Origin: Basidiobolus meristosporus CBS 931.73
Lineage: Eukaryota; Fungi; Basidiobolomycota
Direction of reading: 5' to 3'
NCBI GenBank assembly: GCA_002104905.1
Contig: MCFE01000077.1
Coordinates: 117,544-181,543 of the forward strand
Length of the DNA: 64,000 nt
The notes under the pieces are model-generated. The model was not told the DNA's origin. It did no database searches and was given only the letters and a program-made list of their open reading frames with translations. Numbering within the stretch: the stretch's first letter is position 1; every line of letters starts with the position of its first letter. The position numbers were made by a program, and so were the translations under genes. Of the stretch, positions 1 to 12,367 are shown piece after piece.

Positions 1-2
1 AT

Positions 3-1256
3 GGTTCATGTCAAGAGATTCCATCTCTGGACGAGAAATTCCGTGTTTTCAATTGCAAGTCCCCAGATACGTGCATGGTGGGGTATGTTGAGATCCAAAG
101 GGTCAACAAGGATTACTGTGAGGAGGCCAAAAAGATCGACTACTCACCCAGCCCTGTCCACCAGGAATACTTTGGTCGTATCGATGGACCGGATACTTTC
201 TACGTGAACTTCACCGGTGCGCAGAAACTGGCAGTGTCTGAATGGCAGTTCCGCGAGGACTGCAGTTATCGCTTTCCGTATACCTTTCACAACTCAGGGG
301 CTGTCCAGCTCAGCATCACCCATGTATACGACGGGTTCAGAGGGGTGAATGAGGTTTCCCAAGAATGGCCCGAGTATCTCGGAAATGTAGTTGTTCAGGA
401 CCATGAGGACACCATATGTCCCCAATGTCCGGCTACAAATACGAGCGGCCTCCAGTCCAATGAATCCACCTCTATTTGTGACGACGAGCGGCCTGTTCGA
501 GGGGCTTGGGTCCCTTGGCAAGATACGGCTCTTTCTACCTCGGGATACCTATGGTCTCCCCTAGGGTGCGTGTATACGCACAAGATCAAACCAATCCAGG
601 AGAGAGCGTGCCTGGCTAATCCGCGCTCTATTCTATTCACCGGAGATTCCCAAATTCGGGTCACCTATGACAACATATGGAGACGCTTCGATGGGCAATT
701 GGGTAGAATCAACACCTTGAATCGGTTCCTGGATCGCAAGAAGGTGATCAAGAACGTAACCTTGTATCATCACAAAGACGTCTTCCTGGAGGACATAGCC
801 GGCCGTACGCCGGCCGAATTGCTGACCTACGACACCATCGTGTTCAACTTCGCCCAGTGGCCGGCGTCCGGGCCCAACAATGGTGGCCATTGGACCACCG
901 AGAAATTCCTCTCAAGGTTGACGAATGTAACGGACTACCTGGCGGGAATTCGGGACTCACGCCCGAAGGGGAAGCCATTGCGCTTGATATGGCACGGAAT
1001 TCACGCCTTTTCCACCACCAATCCCTATTCCAAAAGCCGTATCGACTGGCGTACCAACCCTCGGCTGAAGAACTGGAACGTATTTGCCGAGGATATAATG
1101 AAGGGACACGGGATCCGCTCGATCAACTCTTTTCAGATCACTTATCCAATGATAGATACCAGCCCTGATAAGGCCCATTACTTCGGTACAGACGCCGAAG
1201 AGGCCATTGTAGATGAAACTCTACACAAGCTTGACTTGTGTGAACCAGTGTACTAG
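3..1256 (+). CDS. SGNH/PC-esterase-like (GDS...DxxH) protein, 5' partial
   Basis: The frame of ORF 75..1256 stays open to the window edge (GSCQEIPSLDEKF...). It carries ILFTGDSQIR, DTIVFNFAQW and C-terminal DKAHY, the GDS/DxxH layout of the TBL/NXPE/Cas1-type family. Confidence 0.55.
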   Translation, partial: GSCQEIPSLDEKFRVFNCKSPDTCMVGYVEIQRVNKDYCEEAKKIDYSPSPVHQEYFGRIDGPDTFYVNFTGAQKLAVSEWQFREDCSYRFPYTFHNSGAVQLSITHVYDGFRGVNEVSQEWPEYLGNVVVQDHEDTICPQCPATNTSGLQSNESTSICDDERPVRGAWVPWQDTALSTSGYLWSPLGCVYTHKIKPIQERACLANPRSILFTGDSQIRVTYDNIWRRFDGQLGRINTLNRFLDRKKVIKNVTLYHHKDVFLEDIAGRTPAELLTYDTIVFNFAQWPASGPNNGGHWTTEKFLSRLTNVTDYLAGIRDSRPKGKPLRLIWHGIHAFSTTNPYSKSRIDWRTNPRLKNWNVFAEDIMKGHGIRSINSFQITYPMIDTSPDKAHYFGTDAEEAIVDETLHKLDLCEPVY

Positions 1257-2184
1257 TCCGTAAGCGTATGTTAATTCTCTCGACCACTTGATGTAATAAA
1301 TCTCACCTATTTGGGAATGTGTGACCAGGCTGGGGGCCCATGTTGGGAAGTATCCAGAAATACATTCCGCAATTACTTGTAGATAGAGTTGTGGCACTGC
1401 GCATTCGGACCCAGCGACTGTGGATCTACATATCCGCATGCTACGGACTGGATTCGATCCACAAGGATCTAGTGGGCTTATACGAGTCGACATGCAAATC
1501 TAAGCAGCACCATACAGCAAGCTCGTTCACAGCATGAAAACGCATATGCAAATCCTCTGTGTCGCTTCAAGGGGAACGCCGAAAGACACGGCTACCAAAA
1601 GGCAGTACAGGTTGGTCAGGCCAATCTGTGCGCCCCTTTCAGATGGTTAACGATTCACCCGCCGTTGTATGATCCTGTGGGAATCATTGGTGGCTGGATA
1701 TTGATGATGTCTTCATTTATATTAATAGATGAATCTGGATAGATCATTGGCAGGAAACCATGGGACTTCAGGACATCCAGGTGAGTAGGAATGCCACGGA
1801 TTCCTAGCGCCTCATTGATTCTAGGGATGTGTGAATATGTGGGTGCTGCACAAATCTGCAACTGCTATGTTTTGTCGAATCTCCCGTATCTGAGTGGATC
1901 CCGCTCCTCTCACTCATATTCGCCCAGGCCGATTTCTTCTTGCTTGACTTTCCCCCTTCCCAACTTGGCTCTTAGCCCACACCTTCATTGCTGCCCCTCT
2001 TAGAGCCCTCTGCTTCTCCCACCACCCCCACCCCTACCTGCCGGCTTGGAATTCGGTTGATACTCTCGCCCAGGCCTTATCTATCTACCCAGTGAACAGC
2101 CCTCAACCAAGCGTGAAGAAACTCCCACCCGACAAGACCGTTCCCTAAGCCCTTACCAGTCGACCAGTAGTCTCTTACTTCATC

Positions 2185-3691
2185 ATGACCAAACCAGACT
2201 TGTTCGAAAGACGAGCATCACTGAGCGTGGCCGCGAAGCAGACGACGAAGGACGATTTTGAGGTACCTTTGTTGAATATTTTACCCCTCCTCACCCCCGC
2301 ACTTACGGGAGAATCCAATTCCGTTGGGCTGGAGGTGGAAGAGAGACCTTCGCAGAGGCTAATCCTATGTGTATTTTAGCTTGACAAAAACTCGACTGGC
2401 GAGTCTTCCTCACAGGCCGGCCCCGCGAAGCACATTATCCCAACTCCTCCCTCCTCACCTCTCGTTTTGACAACCCCCAGGGGTGGGGCTTCCTCTGTAC
2501 TGAGTCTCCAACAACAACAACAACACCAGCAGCAGCAGCAACCTTATGTTTCCTCCGCACCAATCTCTCGTGCGCTTGAAGCTCCTCACAAGCCCTGCGA
2601 CTTGGTGAGTTCAAAGTGCAGTACTTTTTCACCCACTGTTAATCCAACCACCGACCTAGAGGCATCAGTCGGTACCTTGAAAACGGCCAAACACCAGCAT
2701 TTCGCCCCCGAGCTCCTCTATAAGATCTTCTCCTATCTATCCTTCACCCAATCCACCCTGGGCACGTGCGCACTCGTGTGCAAGCAGTGGAACACCATTG
2801 CGTGCACCATACTCTGGCGACGACCCATCTTCACCTCCCTCCAATCGGTTGAGAAATTCATCTCCGCTCTAAATATAGACCTCACACTACAACCAGAACT
2901 CTCCTCGTTCCCTCCACCCTGCCCAGCCCCTCCTCCTCACCGGCTCCTCGGCGGCCACATCAACCAATGCTGGTGGGGGTGAGGTCGAAGTTGGGTCTTT
3001 CAAATCCAACGACCAGCATGGGGATGGGAGCGGGAATCACTCGAACTTTGTGGCACAGAGATATGCCTCCCTCGTCCGAATCATCGATTTCACTTTGCTG
3101 GACGAGATCCATCGAAACAGCACCGTACTATCACAGCACATAGTTCGACTGATCCCCTTGGTGCAGCCAAGCCTTCAGTGCCTTGACCTAGGGTTCAACA
3201 AGGGGGTGAAGAACTTCGACTTACAGCGGCTCTCGCCGTGGCTCTCGAACCTGACCTCCCTGAACCTCGCTGGAGGCAGCCGCACCGACATAGTGCTCAC
3301 TAAGCTGAGCAAACACTGCCCGAACTTGACCCGGCTTTCAGTCAGCTGGAACTCCCAGCTCACGGACTTTGGGTTCGTCGAGATGGCAAGACATTGTCGT
3401 AAGCTTCGGGCCCTTGACGTGACGAACTGCGCCCAAATCACCGACACCGGGGTAATGGCGCTGGCGGTGTACTGTACACAGCTACGAGTGCTGAGCGTCT
3501 CTTACTGCCAGTGTGTCGGGGAGGTGGCGATCTGGGAGCTGGTGCGAAGCTGCAAGGAGTTGAAGCTCATCAACGCCCTGGGATGCATCAACTTGTCGAG
3601 AAGGTTCCCGGACGAGTTGAAGCTGAAGTACCCGGAGCTTCTGATCAACGTCCCGGGGGTGCTTCCTTTTTACTATCCAGAGATCGCCTAG
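2185..3691 (+). CDS. F-box / leucine-rich-repeat protein (FBXL-like), one intron plus an apparent +1 frameshift
   Basis: Exon 1 2185-2262 and GT-AG intron 2263-2379 join in frame with ORF 2467. F-box FAPELLYKIFSYL...CALVCKQWN; cysteine-containing LRRs in 3050..3691 (LRALDVTNCAQITDTGV). The two frames overlap at 2873-2982. Confidence 0.8.
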
Positions 3692-5212
3692 ACTTTCCCC
3701 ACCCACAACCGTATCTCTCACCGCCCTAACCACCAACCCTCATACTCCCCCTCAACCCCACGCTCCACTTTGAAGCCCTTAGTTTATGTTAATTTCCCTC
3801 GAGAATCTCCCTCACGAATCCGATCATATCAGTGAACGAAGTGAGGTCTATATATAACACTACCCTGTGTATCAACCTACAGGGACATTTTGTTGATTTA
3901 AGCAAGCGAATGAGCCGCTACTCTAACCAAGTTAGTACACCCCCACACTCTCTACCCATTCGCCCACTTCCAACGCCCTCCATCCGTGACGTGGTCGCGT
4001 TCCTTTGTAATTTCCATGGAAGGAAATCCGGGAAATCAGCAGTCACCTAGCTATATTCACCTCCCTCCAGATCGAATCCCCCCTAATCCCCCACCACCAT
4101 CACCGCCCCTACCCATCCCCATCCTCATTGAACTATCGATAAAATTCAGCCAACTCCCGGAACCCCCATTGAACCCCGTTCATCTTCACCCACATCGATC
4201 AGCACACCTCTTTGATCTCAAGGTTGGTGTGGATGTAGATGTGTAGAGGTGTTCATGGCGGCGTAGACCTCGATGGAATGATCTAGATTCCCTGCTCAGT
4301 GCCTGTGCTACATAAAATCCCCCTCCCCAGCATGCAGGGTAACATTTCGAGGTTACGACCATAGTACTTGGATCACTCACAATATATCGTGTACTTGGGT
4401 ACGTTCTCGAACCCGAACTGAACCATCCCGCTGCCTCCAGGAGACGCCACCCCTTGCTGCCTATGTCGCACGAGGAGGCACTCTGAGGTGTGGATGACCA
4501 GAGCTGACGAGCGAAATCGATGGGGTGTACAGTACAAATGAAGTAACAATGATGTTTGGGGCGGGGGTCGGAGTGGGAATGGGAGCGGGACAAGGAGCAG
4601 GATGAAGATCAACATGAAGGTAAGGCGAGGTAAATTGGTGCCAGTAAATGTAAACGTCAGAGAATCAAGAAATTGGCCGAATGTTTTAGACGAAACCAAC
4701 ATTTTTTTTTCTTATTTCCTTTTTCAGTTTTTTTCATGGAATTTTTTTTCCAGCTTGGTCAACTAGTGATTCGAACGAAGAAAAAGTTCTCGTAAAGGAG
4801 AGAAGAGGAGAGAGGGGTAGGGGTAGAGGATATTTAGGGTACACAGTGATATGGGTTATCATCTAGAACCAAACATGAGCGACATCCGAAATGTTCCTTA
4901 TGTCTTTTACAGGTTTTTTTGGGGTTTTCTGTTCTAACTAATAGCTAAAGAAGTGGATCGTTGGAAAATCTTGGAAAATTTCGAGCTCGGCAAGAAAAAA
5001 AATGAATCGGCCTGTGGTTGGGGGAGGTGGGGACGGGTGGCGGGAGTAGCTGGAATTCACCAGATACTCTCCGGCCCCCACTCCTCCTCAAAAGTGGATC
5101 GGCAAAATGTAAGCATATGGATGAACCCGTGGATTGCCCATCAGGTTCCTACAAAGTCAGTTTCAGAACGAGAGATTCCCTGAGTCCCGGGGCCCGCTTG
5201 GCGGGGAGCTAT

Positions 5213-6199
5213 TTACAAAAGATATGACTGCAACGGCTGATGACGAGTGAAACTCTCATTAGAACGATTTCTCTTATAAGAATGTTTACTGCAAGCGACG
5301 AGGTCGTTGCTCAACGTGAGTTGGCAACCACAGGGGGCTCGAGTAGGCTGTGCATCCCAGGCTTGTGCTTGGGCGGCATTGCTTAAGCTTTGTTGGAGTG
5401 TGCTTAACCATTGATTGTACTCATCAGCGCTAATGAACAGGTCGTAACGCAAAGCGGTCAGGAATTCCACCTCCACAAAATTCAACACATGAAGAGGAAA
5501 CCCTGCGGTCTCGGACCAGGTTTGGTTGGTGTAAACCAGGTCGTCGTGAAACTTGGCAGCGGTTATCAAGGCGACGGTAAACAACAAGAACTCATGGCCG
5601 GGCTCGGGCTTCGCCATGGGGTTGTTTACCCTGTATTTATGGAGATACTTCACACTCAGAAGAATGGACGCCGAGCTGATGTACAGCTTACGCATAAGCT
5701 CCTTGGCGTAATTTCTGAAGGCAGGGCTCGCGGAGTGAGAGCCCCATGTAGTGCTTCCATGAACAATATTGTAAACCACATCGGCAATTAAGCCAGTGAT
5801 ATCAGGGTGGTCTTCCAAGCTCGGTGCGGTGAACCCGTTAGCGGAGTGCATCGTGGGCACCGGCTGTTGGACCATACCAGTGGACTGCAACGCAGGCTGT
5901 TGGTATTGAGAACTTGAGTGATGATAGCAAGGGAAATAACCTAAATTTGAACGATTCGAGTTACCATTAGAAGTGGTGTTGGGTCCAGACCAAATATAGT
6001 GGGATTCCAAGCTGTTCATAAACGATAGCAATTCAAGTATGAGGTTATTCAAATGGTTCCCTTGTCTATCTAACGACTCTTCGTATGTAAAGAAAGGGGT
6101 GGGGAAGGCGGTGATCACCAGAAAAGCAGAAGCAAGTTCAGTGCGATAACGATTCATCAGGGAACGACCCAGCCTTATATAGGCCGCACTTCCTGTCAT
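5213..6199 (-). CDS. PHO80/Pcl/Clg1-like cyclin
   Basis: Cyclin box ILLSVKYLHKY...LFTVALITAAKFHDDLVYTNQTWSETAGFPLHVLNFVEVEFLTALRYDL. The start codon is uncertain. Confidence 0.85.
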   Translation of the reverse strand: MTGSAAYIRLGRSLMNRYRTELASAFLVITAFPTPFFTYEESLDRQGNHLNNLILELLSFMNSLESHYIWSGPNTTSNGNSNRSNLGYFPCYHHSSSQYQQPALQSTGMVQQPVPTMHSANGFTAPSLEDHPDITGLIADVVYNIVHGSTTWGSHSASPAFRNYAKELMRKLYISSASILLSVKYLHKYRVNNPMAKPEPGHEFLLFTVALITAAKFHDDLVYTNQTWSETAGFPLHVLNFVEVEFLTALRYDLFISADEYNQWLSTLQQSLSNAAQAQAWDAQPTRAPCGCQLTLSNDLVACSKHSYKRNRSNESFTRHQPLQSYLL

Positions 6200-7675
6200 C
6201 AATTAACCACTCAAACACATGAAAATGGAAAATGGAAAAATAAGTCAGTTTCAAATCAAATTTATACATGCTGAATAACAGCAGCTGGGATTTATTGGGG
6301 GTGGGCCAATGGTTACATGGGAATGGATCATGGCTCCTAGGCAGAATCTATCATTGATGGCTGTTGATTCGCGGTTTGAAGATAGTGGCCAACTGCGGTC
6401 ATCAGTCATCTGACGAAAGCCCTTATTGATGAGAAGTTGTAGAATAATAAGCATTCATGCAGCCGACCAAGCACTTGTCCAACTCATCTAGTGCCGCGGG
6501 TGTTGGTACCAGAAGACGGCTTATGATGTAGTGTAATTAACATCAAATTTGACGTGCGGCTCGACCATCGCAGTGATTCGTCAGACCTTTGTTTTGCTGA
6601 GTGCCCTAGTTAGAGCGGCATTCAGCTCTCCCCGATGATTGGCTGCACCCATCGTGAATCAACCAACCCATGCCTATCGACCCGGCCTGGAATGCCAATT
6701 GGACGCTGGGGTGGTTTGCGGCCGGAGTTGTCAGTGACTAGGTGCAGCAGCGCTCCCTTAGTAATTAGCGATAATGACTGTTCAATGAATGCGCGATTGC
6801 GGGTAGGGCTTTGGGCGAGGCTGCCGGAGTCTCAATCTCCCGGACTACGCCCCAATCTTTCTAGAAGATCCAATGCCGAAATTGACGCATGCATCCCACA
6901 CATACCTCCAATGCAAGGAAAACACTCTTCACCATCTGTGGTGCTGCGTTATTTGATACGACCCGACTCCTATATTCCCCTTAACACCCAGCAATTCGGT
7001 AGTCGATAATCACATGAATATGCTCTAAGCCACACATTGATGCCATTGATTGGTTCATATCTCCGTGTAGGTGGCCTGACCAGTGTATATTCGCCAAGGT
7101 GGGTGGATATGCTGGCTGGCCTCTGCTACGGCGTTCTTAAAGCTGGCTATTGAGGCGAGGTATTCGCAGTGTGAGTATATTATCTAGTGTTGGCGTTCTC
7201 GTGGCATCCAACTGGGCTCATTCATATCTGAGAATGCGGTGATCTGAAATGAGATGGTTGTGCCACTGACAACAGGTTTGGATGTCTGGAATTGTGCCCT
7301 GTGTGCAGCCGGCGAGGTGTCGTGAAGGAAACCAAGTTGGGTGGCAGCCTGGTGTGTAGCGGGTTCATAGAGGAGTCATGAAGCGGGTATGTGCATTGGA
7401 GTCTCGTGATTCCAATGACGACACATCATAAATACCTATGGAATTATTCAGTCTTATTTAAGTATGCTCGGTTTAGATATTTTACCAAAAAGGGGAGATA
7501 ATGGCAATGGAGTGTATGAATTCAAATGAAGTTTAGCTATAGGGCTTAATCCATTTTCATCCTAACCCATAGCTTTGCCCGTTCCCCCGACTTCACTCCA
7601 TGTCCCACAGCCAAGTCAGCACCAACAACAGTACCCCTTCTATGCAGACGAGCCATCTGAGTCAGGAGAAGCACA

Positions 7676-9353
7676 ATGGGAGAACACATGCCGCCAAAGC
7701 GAAGGAAACTAAGTCTGGCCGATAAAGAGAGTCAAGGTGAACGCAAAGCAGACAGTCGTTCTTCAACCCCAGTCTCCCGGGACAACTCCTTCCAAAAACA
7801 TAAATCCCACCAGAGCGGGAAATCTGGGAATTCGTTTTCTGGCGACTCTCGCAAGAAAGGGAAAAAGCAACGGGCCCTAGTCGAGGTGGATTTTGTGAGC
7901 AAGCCCGAAAGTTACAAGAAGGTGAAGTCATCCCGGGACTTGTCCCCCCAAAACGGCCTCAACACAGCTGGTAACGAGTCTAATCCCAGCACTTCTATGG
8001 ATGTGAAAATTTCAGCTTGGCACGCACTTGGTCCTATTGAAGGAGGAAGAAACGGCTCTTTGGGCTCTGGTCAGCTCCACAGAAAAGGAAAAAACTACAA
8101 ACCGGTGAGTGAGAGGCGAGCGACTGCGCAGAAGGAGAATCGCAACGCTTCTAGGAAAAAAAACACTCCTACTCGTCCAACTTCTATGAACCCTTTAGCA
8201 CCTGAGTTCGTTTGGCGAGATGAGCCGAATAGAGCATCAGGTAAACAGACTGTTGTACCCAACGAGCACAGTTTCTCCAACAAGCTTGAGAAGCGTATTG
8301 CTGAAGAAACCAAGGGGCTCGCAGAGTCCAACGACAGCCATCACCAAAAGCAAGGATGACCCATCTTTAGGCACGACCGCTACCAGTAAACTTAGAGTTG
8401 ACTGTCCAGAATTCAAACCCTCCCTGAACTTTAATTTCTCCAAGCTTAATCTAAACCCTAAGAAGGATATTTCTGCCGCTTTGAAGTCCGACACATCATC
8501 TAATGAAAAGGAAGATGGGAAGAGGAGTAGAAGTGATACAGATTCCTCTCTACATGACCTACCGCATGCCTCCGGCGCTACGTCCGCCTCTATCACCACT
8601 CACTCCAGCACGGTAACGACGCCAAACCTCACCGGATCCAACATATCGTCTCGTTGGAATCTGAACGCCCCGACTTTTGTCCCAAGAAGCACGTTTTCGT
8701 TTACGCCAGCTACCCCACCTACAATGGAAATCAAAATCCCAGCTAGCACCGCAACCACCTTCTCCAATGACAAAAGCCTCAACTACCAGAGCCAAGAGAC
8801 ATTCCACTATCCCTTGAACAGCAACTATCCTTACGACACCGGCCTCAATGGACAATACTACGAGCCGTCCGAGTTTACTTACAAGGGGCTGAACGGGCTG
8901 GAGTATCCCAGCAATGAGATGTCTCAGGAGATCGAGTTCATTTACGACCGAGGCTTCGGGGACGAGGCGGTCTATCCCACCCCTGAAGAAGAATACGGAT
9001 ATCCGACAAGTAAGAATGGCTTTGACTACAATCCTCAACACAAACAGAGTCACCAGTCGGCCACAGGGGTTGCATCGCAGCACAACGACAACGGGATCAA
9101 GCCTAGTTCGCAAACGAATGGCCTGCTAGTACACAACAAGAATGAAGCTCAGCAGCTCCCGCCGCTGCTGATAGGGATCGAGTTGAAGGATGGCTCTGTT
9201 CGCACCATTGAGATCCATCCAAACGATGATCTGGAGAACAAAGCCCGCCAGTTCTGTGCGGTGTGGGAGATCCCAGGCAAGAAGATTGTGCAGAGACTGG
9301 CCATTAGACTGGCCCAGGAACGGAAAATCCATGCGTTGACCAGCCCTCAATAA
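7676..9353 (+). CDS. Low-complexity protein with three PAM2-like motifs, split over two overlapping frames
   Basis: MNPLAPEFVW (8186-8215), LRVDCPEFKP (8391-8420) and WNLNAPTFVPR (8655-8687) resemble the PAM2 consensus LNxxAxEFxP. ORFs 7676..8359 and 8220..9353 overlap with a +1 shift. Confidence 0.55.
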
Positions 9354-9525
9354 ACTGCCGGCTGATTAGTGGACATATTGCTGATGTATAGTGATGTTTA
9401 TTCAAAACCCAACTGTAACTACCATCCCGCCTTTGGTTGGCATCCAAGTGGGAGCCCGATTCCAATCATATTATCAATGTTTTATTGTTACAAGCGAATT
9501 AAAAACAACTACATAATTTAAGTGA

Positions 9526-10782
9526 TTATTTCATCGACTCGGCCAAGTGTCTGCTAATGATCAAGCGTTGGATTTGGGATGTACCTTCGTAGATCTGGAA
9601 GATCTTGGCGTCACGCATCAGCTTTTCAACTGGGTATTCGGTGTTGAACCCGTTGCCGCCAAAGATTTGCACCGCATCAGCGGCACACTTATTGGCTACC
9701 TCGGACGCGTAGGCCTTTGCGATACTTGCGTAATAGGTGTTACGTTGACCTTGATCGCGCAACCAACCTGCTCTCCAGACCATCATACGTGAAGACTCGA
9801 CGCCCATGGCCATGTCTGCAAGCATGAAGGCAACTGCCTGATGCTGAATGATGGGGCGGCCCATTGTCTTGCGTTCTGTGGAGTATCTCAAGGCTTCATC
9901 CAAAGCACGGCGAGCCAAACCAACGGCACCAGCAGCAACCAGGGGGCGTGTAATATCGAACGCACCCATGGCAATCTGGAAGCCCTTACCGACTGCGCCC
10001 AAACGGTTCTCATCGGACACCTCAACATCCTCGAAGGTGATGCCACGGGTGTCACTGGCTCTCTGACCCATGTTGATCTCCTTACGGCCAACTGTGATTC
10101 CAGGGGAGTCGGCATCAACAATGAATCCAGTGAATGCGCCACCGGCCTTGGCATTGGAGTCCGTCTTGGCCAATACGAAGTACCAGTTGGCCTTTCCACC
10201 GTTTGTGATCCACATCTTCTGGCCATTCAGAATCCACTTGTCTCCCTTCTTTTCGGCCTTGGTTTGGATGCTTGCGACGTCGGATCCGGCCACCGGCTCA
10301 GTAACACAGTAAGCAGCCATCAAGGGCTCTTCAGCCATTCTGCCAAGATACTTTTTCTTTTGCTCGTGGTTGGCAGCAATGATAACTGGGGCTTCGGCTA
10401 GTCCATTTGCTTCCATTGCGGTTTGGATGCCAGTACACCCGTAAGCCAACTCTTCGCTTACAATAGCACTATCCAATACCCCTAGACCCATACCGCCATA
10501 CTCCTGAGGGATATGCAGGTTCACCAAGCCAAGCTCCCAAGCTTTCTTAATGATCTCAGTTGGGTACTCACCAGTTTGATCATGATACGCGGCCTTGGGG
10601 ATGATTTCATCTGCTGTGAACTTGCGGGCCAGCTCTTGAATGGATTGCTGATCCTCAGTAAGTCCGAAGGCAGGACCACCGACTGTGGTCTCTGAGGCTA
10701 AGCTACGACGTGCGACAGTTGGGAGCAAGCGGGATTGACGGGCCAGTGTCTTCAATGGATTCGCAATAGATTTCACAATCAT
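9526..10782 (-). CDS. ACADM: Medium-chain acyl-CoA dehydrogenase, mitochondrial
   Basis: Intronless 418 aa with presequence; [72 protein letters not shown]. Confidence 0.95.
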   Translation of the reverse strand: MIVKSIANPLKTLARQSRLLPTVARRSLASETTVGGPAFGLTEDQQSIQELARKFTADEIIPKAAYHDQTGEYPTEIIKKAWELGLVNLHIPQEYGGMGLGVLDSAIVSEELAYGCTGIQTAMEANGLAEAPVIIAANHEQKKKYLGRMAEEPLMAAYCVTEPVAGSDVASIQTKAEKKGDKWILNGQKMWITNGGKANWYFVLAKTDSNAKAGGAFTGFIVDADSPGITVGRKEINMGQRASDTRGITFEDVEVSDENRLGAVGKGFQIAMGAFDITRPLVAAGAVGLARRALDEALRYSTERKTMGRPIIQHQAVAFMLADMAMGVESSRMMVWRAGWLRDQGQRNTYYASIAKAYASEVANKCAADAVQIFGGNGFNTEYPVEKLMRDAKIFQIYEGTSQIQRLIISRHLAESMK

Positions 10783-11254
10783 GATGTAGGTAGGGCGTAG
10801 TGAACAACAACGGACAGTCTATTGTGATTGAAGGCTGAGCAATGGATCAAATAGTTTTATACCATTGATGGGTCAGGAGAGTCAGGAGGGTGGGACTGAA
10901 AGCCGAGATTGTAGTGGAAACGGAGAATGGAATCACGTGTGAGGTGACTCATGAGTAGCACTCTGCTAATGTGAAGAAATGAAGTTATGCAACGTGTATC
11001 ACATTCAAATTCTGGCTTACAAACGCCACGTGAAAATGTGATCATTGCAGGATTATCAAACAGTAGGGGCCCCACATGACAAGAAACCGTCTCACTTGCA
11101 AACCGTAATCAACTTGGCTACTCCTTTTACGTTGATGCGCTCATAAAATTAAATAGGCTCCCAGAGATAACGTTTGATTTATGAAAGATTTCGGTTGTTT
11201 GTTTATTTAAACGATGGCAGGGGATTTGAACACCCACCAACACTGCCACAAGCA

Positions 11255-12217
11255 ATGAGAGGATCAAACATCGGACACTTGGTAATTGCACTGACTGCGC
11301 TGTCTAAAGGTTCACTAGCAAACGAAGTGGATGGCGCACCCAATGCTCCGTCCATGGCCAACTTCCCAATGAATGCATTTCTGCCTGGAAACGGTAATAG
11401 CCCTGGGGTGTTTTTTATACCAGTCAATCCGCATCAAGCAGGCTCCCCTGTATCATCTCAACCGGGATCCGGGGCATCAACTAACTCCTTTTTCCAAGGT
11501 TTCAACCCATCGTTCGGTTCCTTTGGTTTCAACCCATATAGCAGTGCTCCATATGCGCCAAAGGGCGAAGCACCCATGGGCTTTCCTCTTACTCCGGCTG
11601 AGTTCAATTACTTGAGCCAGTGGGCTCAAGCGCAGCATGCGGCTGCTCCCAGAAGTCCTGCGAATCGACCACTCGCCGCGGAACCAGTTGCTCCTCCAAA
11701 TCCTGCGAATCAACTACTCGCCCCGGAACCAGCTGCTCTTCCAAATCCTGCGAATCAGCCACTCACCCCAGAACCAGCTACTCCTCAAAATTCAGTGAAT
11801 CAGCCACCCAACCCGGAGCCAGCTGCCCGCCCAGTCAATCCGGAGCCGGGCCGTCCACAACCGAATCCAAGTGCTGCACCAACCCAAGAGCCAGTATTGC
11901 CAAAAGAGAACAAGCCGACTCAGCCAGTATCCGTGCAAAACACTGCGCCCAACACCGCACCTCTTGCTTCGCCAACAGCCGCATCACCTGCTGCCGAGCA
12001 CAATTCTGCCAAACCAACACACGCAACGTCGAAAAAGATGGCACAAACGACAGCCACCAGCAAGCCCAACACCAGAACAACCTCCCAATCCAGCCTAACT
12101 TCCAGGCGCTCACCAACCCCAACGTCAGTGACCAGTTTCGCTCTAGGCAAGGCTGGACCCAATGTCCCTCTGGCGGCGATTGCGCTATTGGCACTTGCTA
12201 CTTGGATCCGAGCTTGA
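11255..12217 (+). CDS. Secreted Pro/Ala/Thr-rich, probably GPI-anchored surface protein
   Basis: ATG 11255 gives signal-like MRGSNIGHLVIALTALSKGSLA, followed by a Pro-rich repeat region, an S/T-rich stalk and a hydrophobic tail VPLAAIALLALATWIRA. Confidence 0.65.
   Translation: MRGSNIGHLVIALTALSKGSLANEVDGAPNAPSMANFPMNAFLPGNGNSPGVFFIPVNPHQAGSPVSSQPGSGASTNSFFQGFNPSFGSFGFNPYSSAPYAPKGEAPMGFPLTPAEFNYLSQWAQAQHAAAPRSPANRPLAAEPVAPPNPANQLLAPEPAALPNPANQPLTPEPATPQNSVNQPPNPEPAARPVNPEPGRPQPNPSAAPTQEPVLPKENKPTQPVSVQNTAPNTAPLASPTAASPAAEHNSAKPTHATSKKMAQTTATSKPNTRTTSQSSLTSRRSPTPTSVTSFALGKAGPNVPLAAIALLALATWIRA
11657..11832 (+). repeat. Four degenerate 45-bp (15-aa) coding tandem repeats
   Basis: PANRPLAAEPVAPPN / PANQLLAPEPAALPN / PANQPLTPEPATPQN / SVNQPPNPEPAARP. 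Confidence 0.8.
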
Positions 12218-12367
12218 GCAGCTCATATGTGCTGATCAACCTCATCTTTATATTTCTAACCCATGGTGTTTTCTTGGTAATTCAATAATAAATTCAGTTT
12301 ACTATAATGCTATCTATTTGGTGCATGGGGAGTTGGTCTAAACATGAAATGAATCAAAAAGTGGGAA

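Noticed and set aside
4186-4702. Two overlapping minus-strand ORFs with a plausible GTGAGT...TAG intron
   Set aside because: No splice model gave a recognisable protein, so it is not supportable without RNA data.
9841-10401. Long antisense ORFs over ACADM (likewise 22948-23526 and 23569-23928 over importin-beta)
   Set aside because: Shadow ORFs produced by the codon bias of the true gene.
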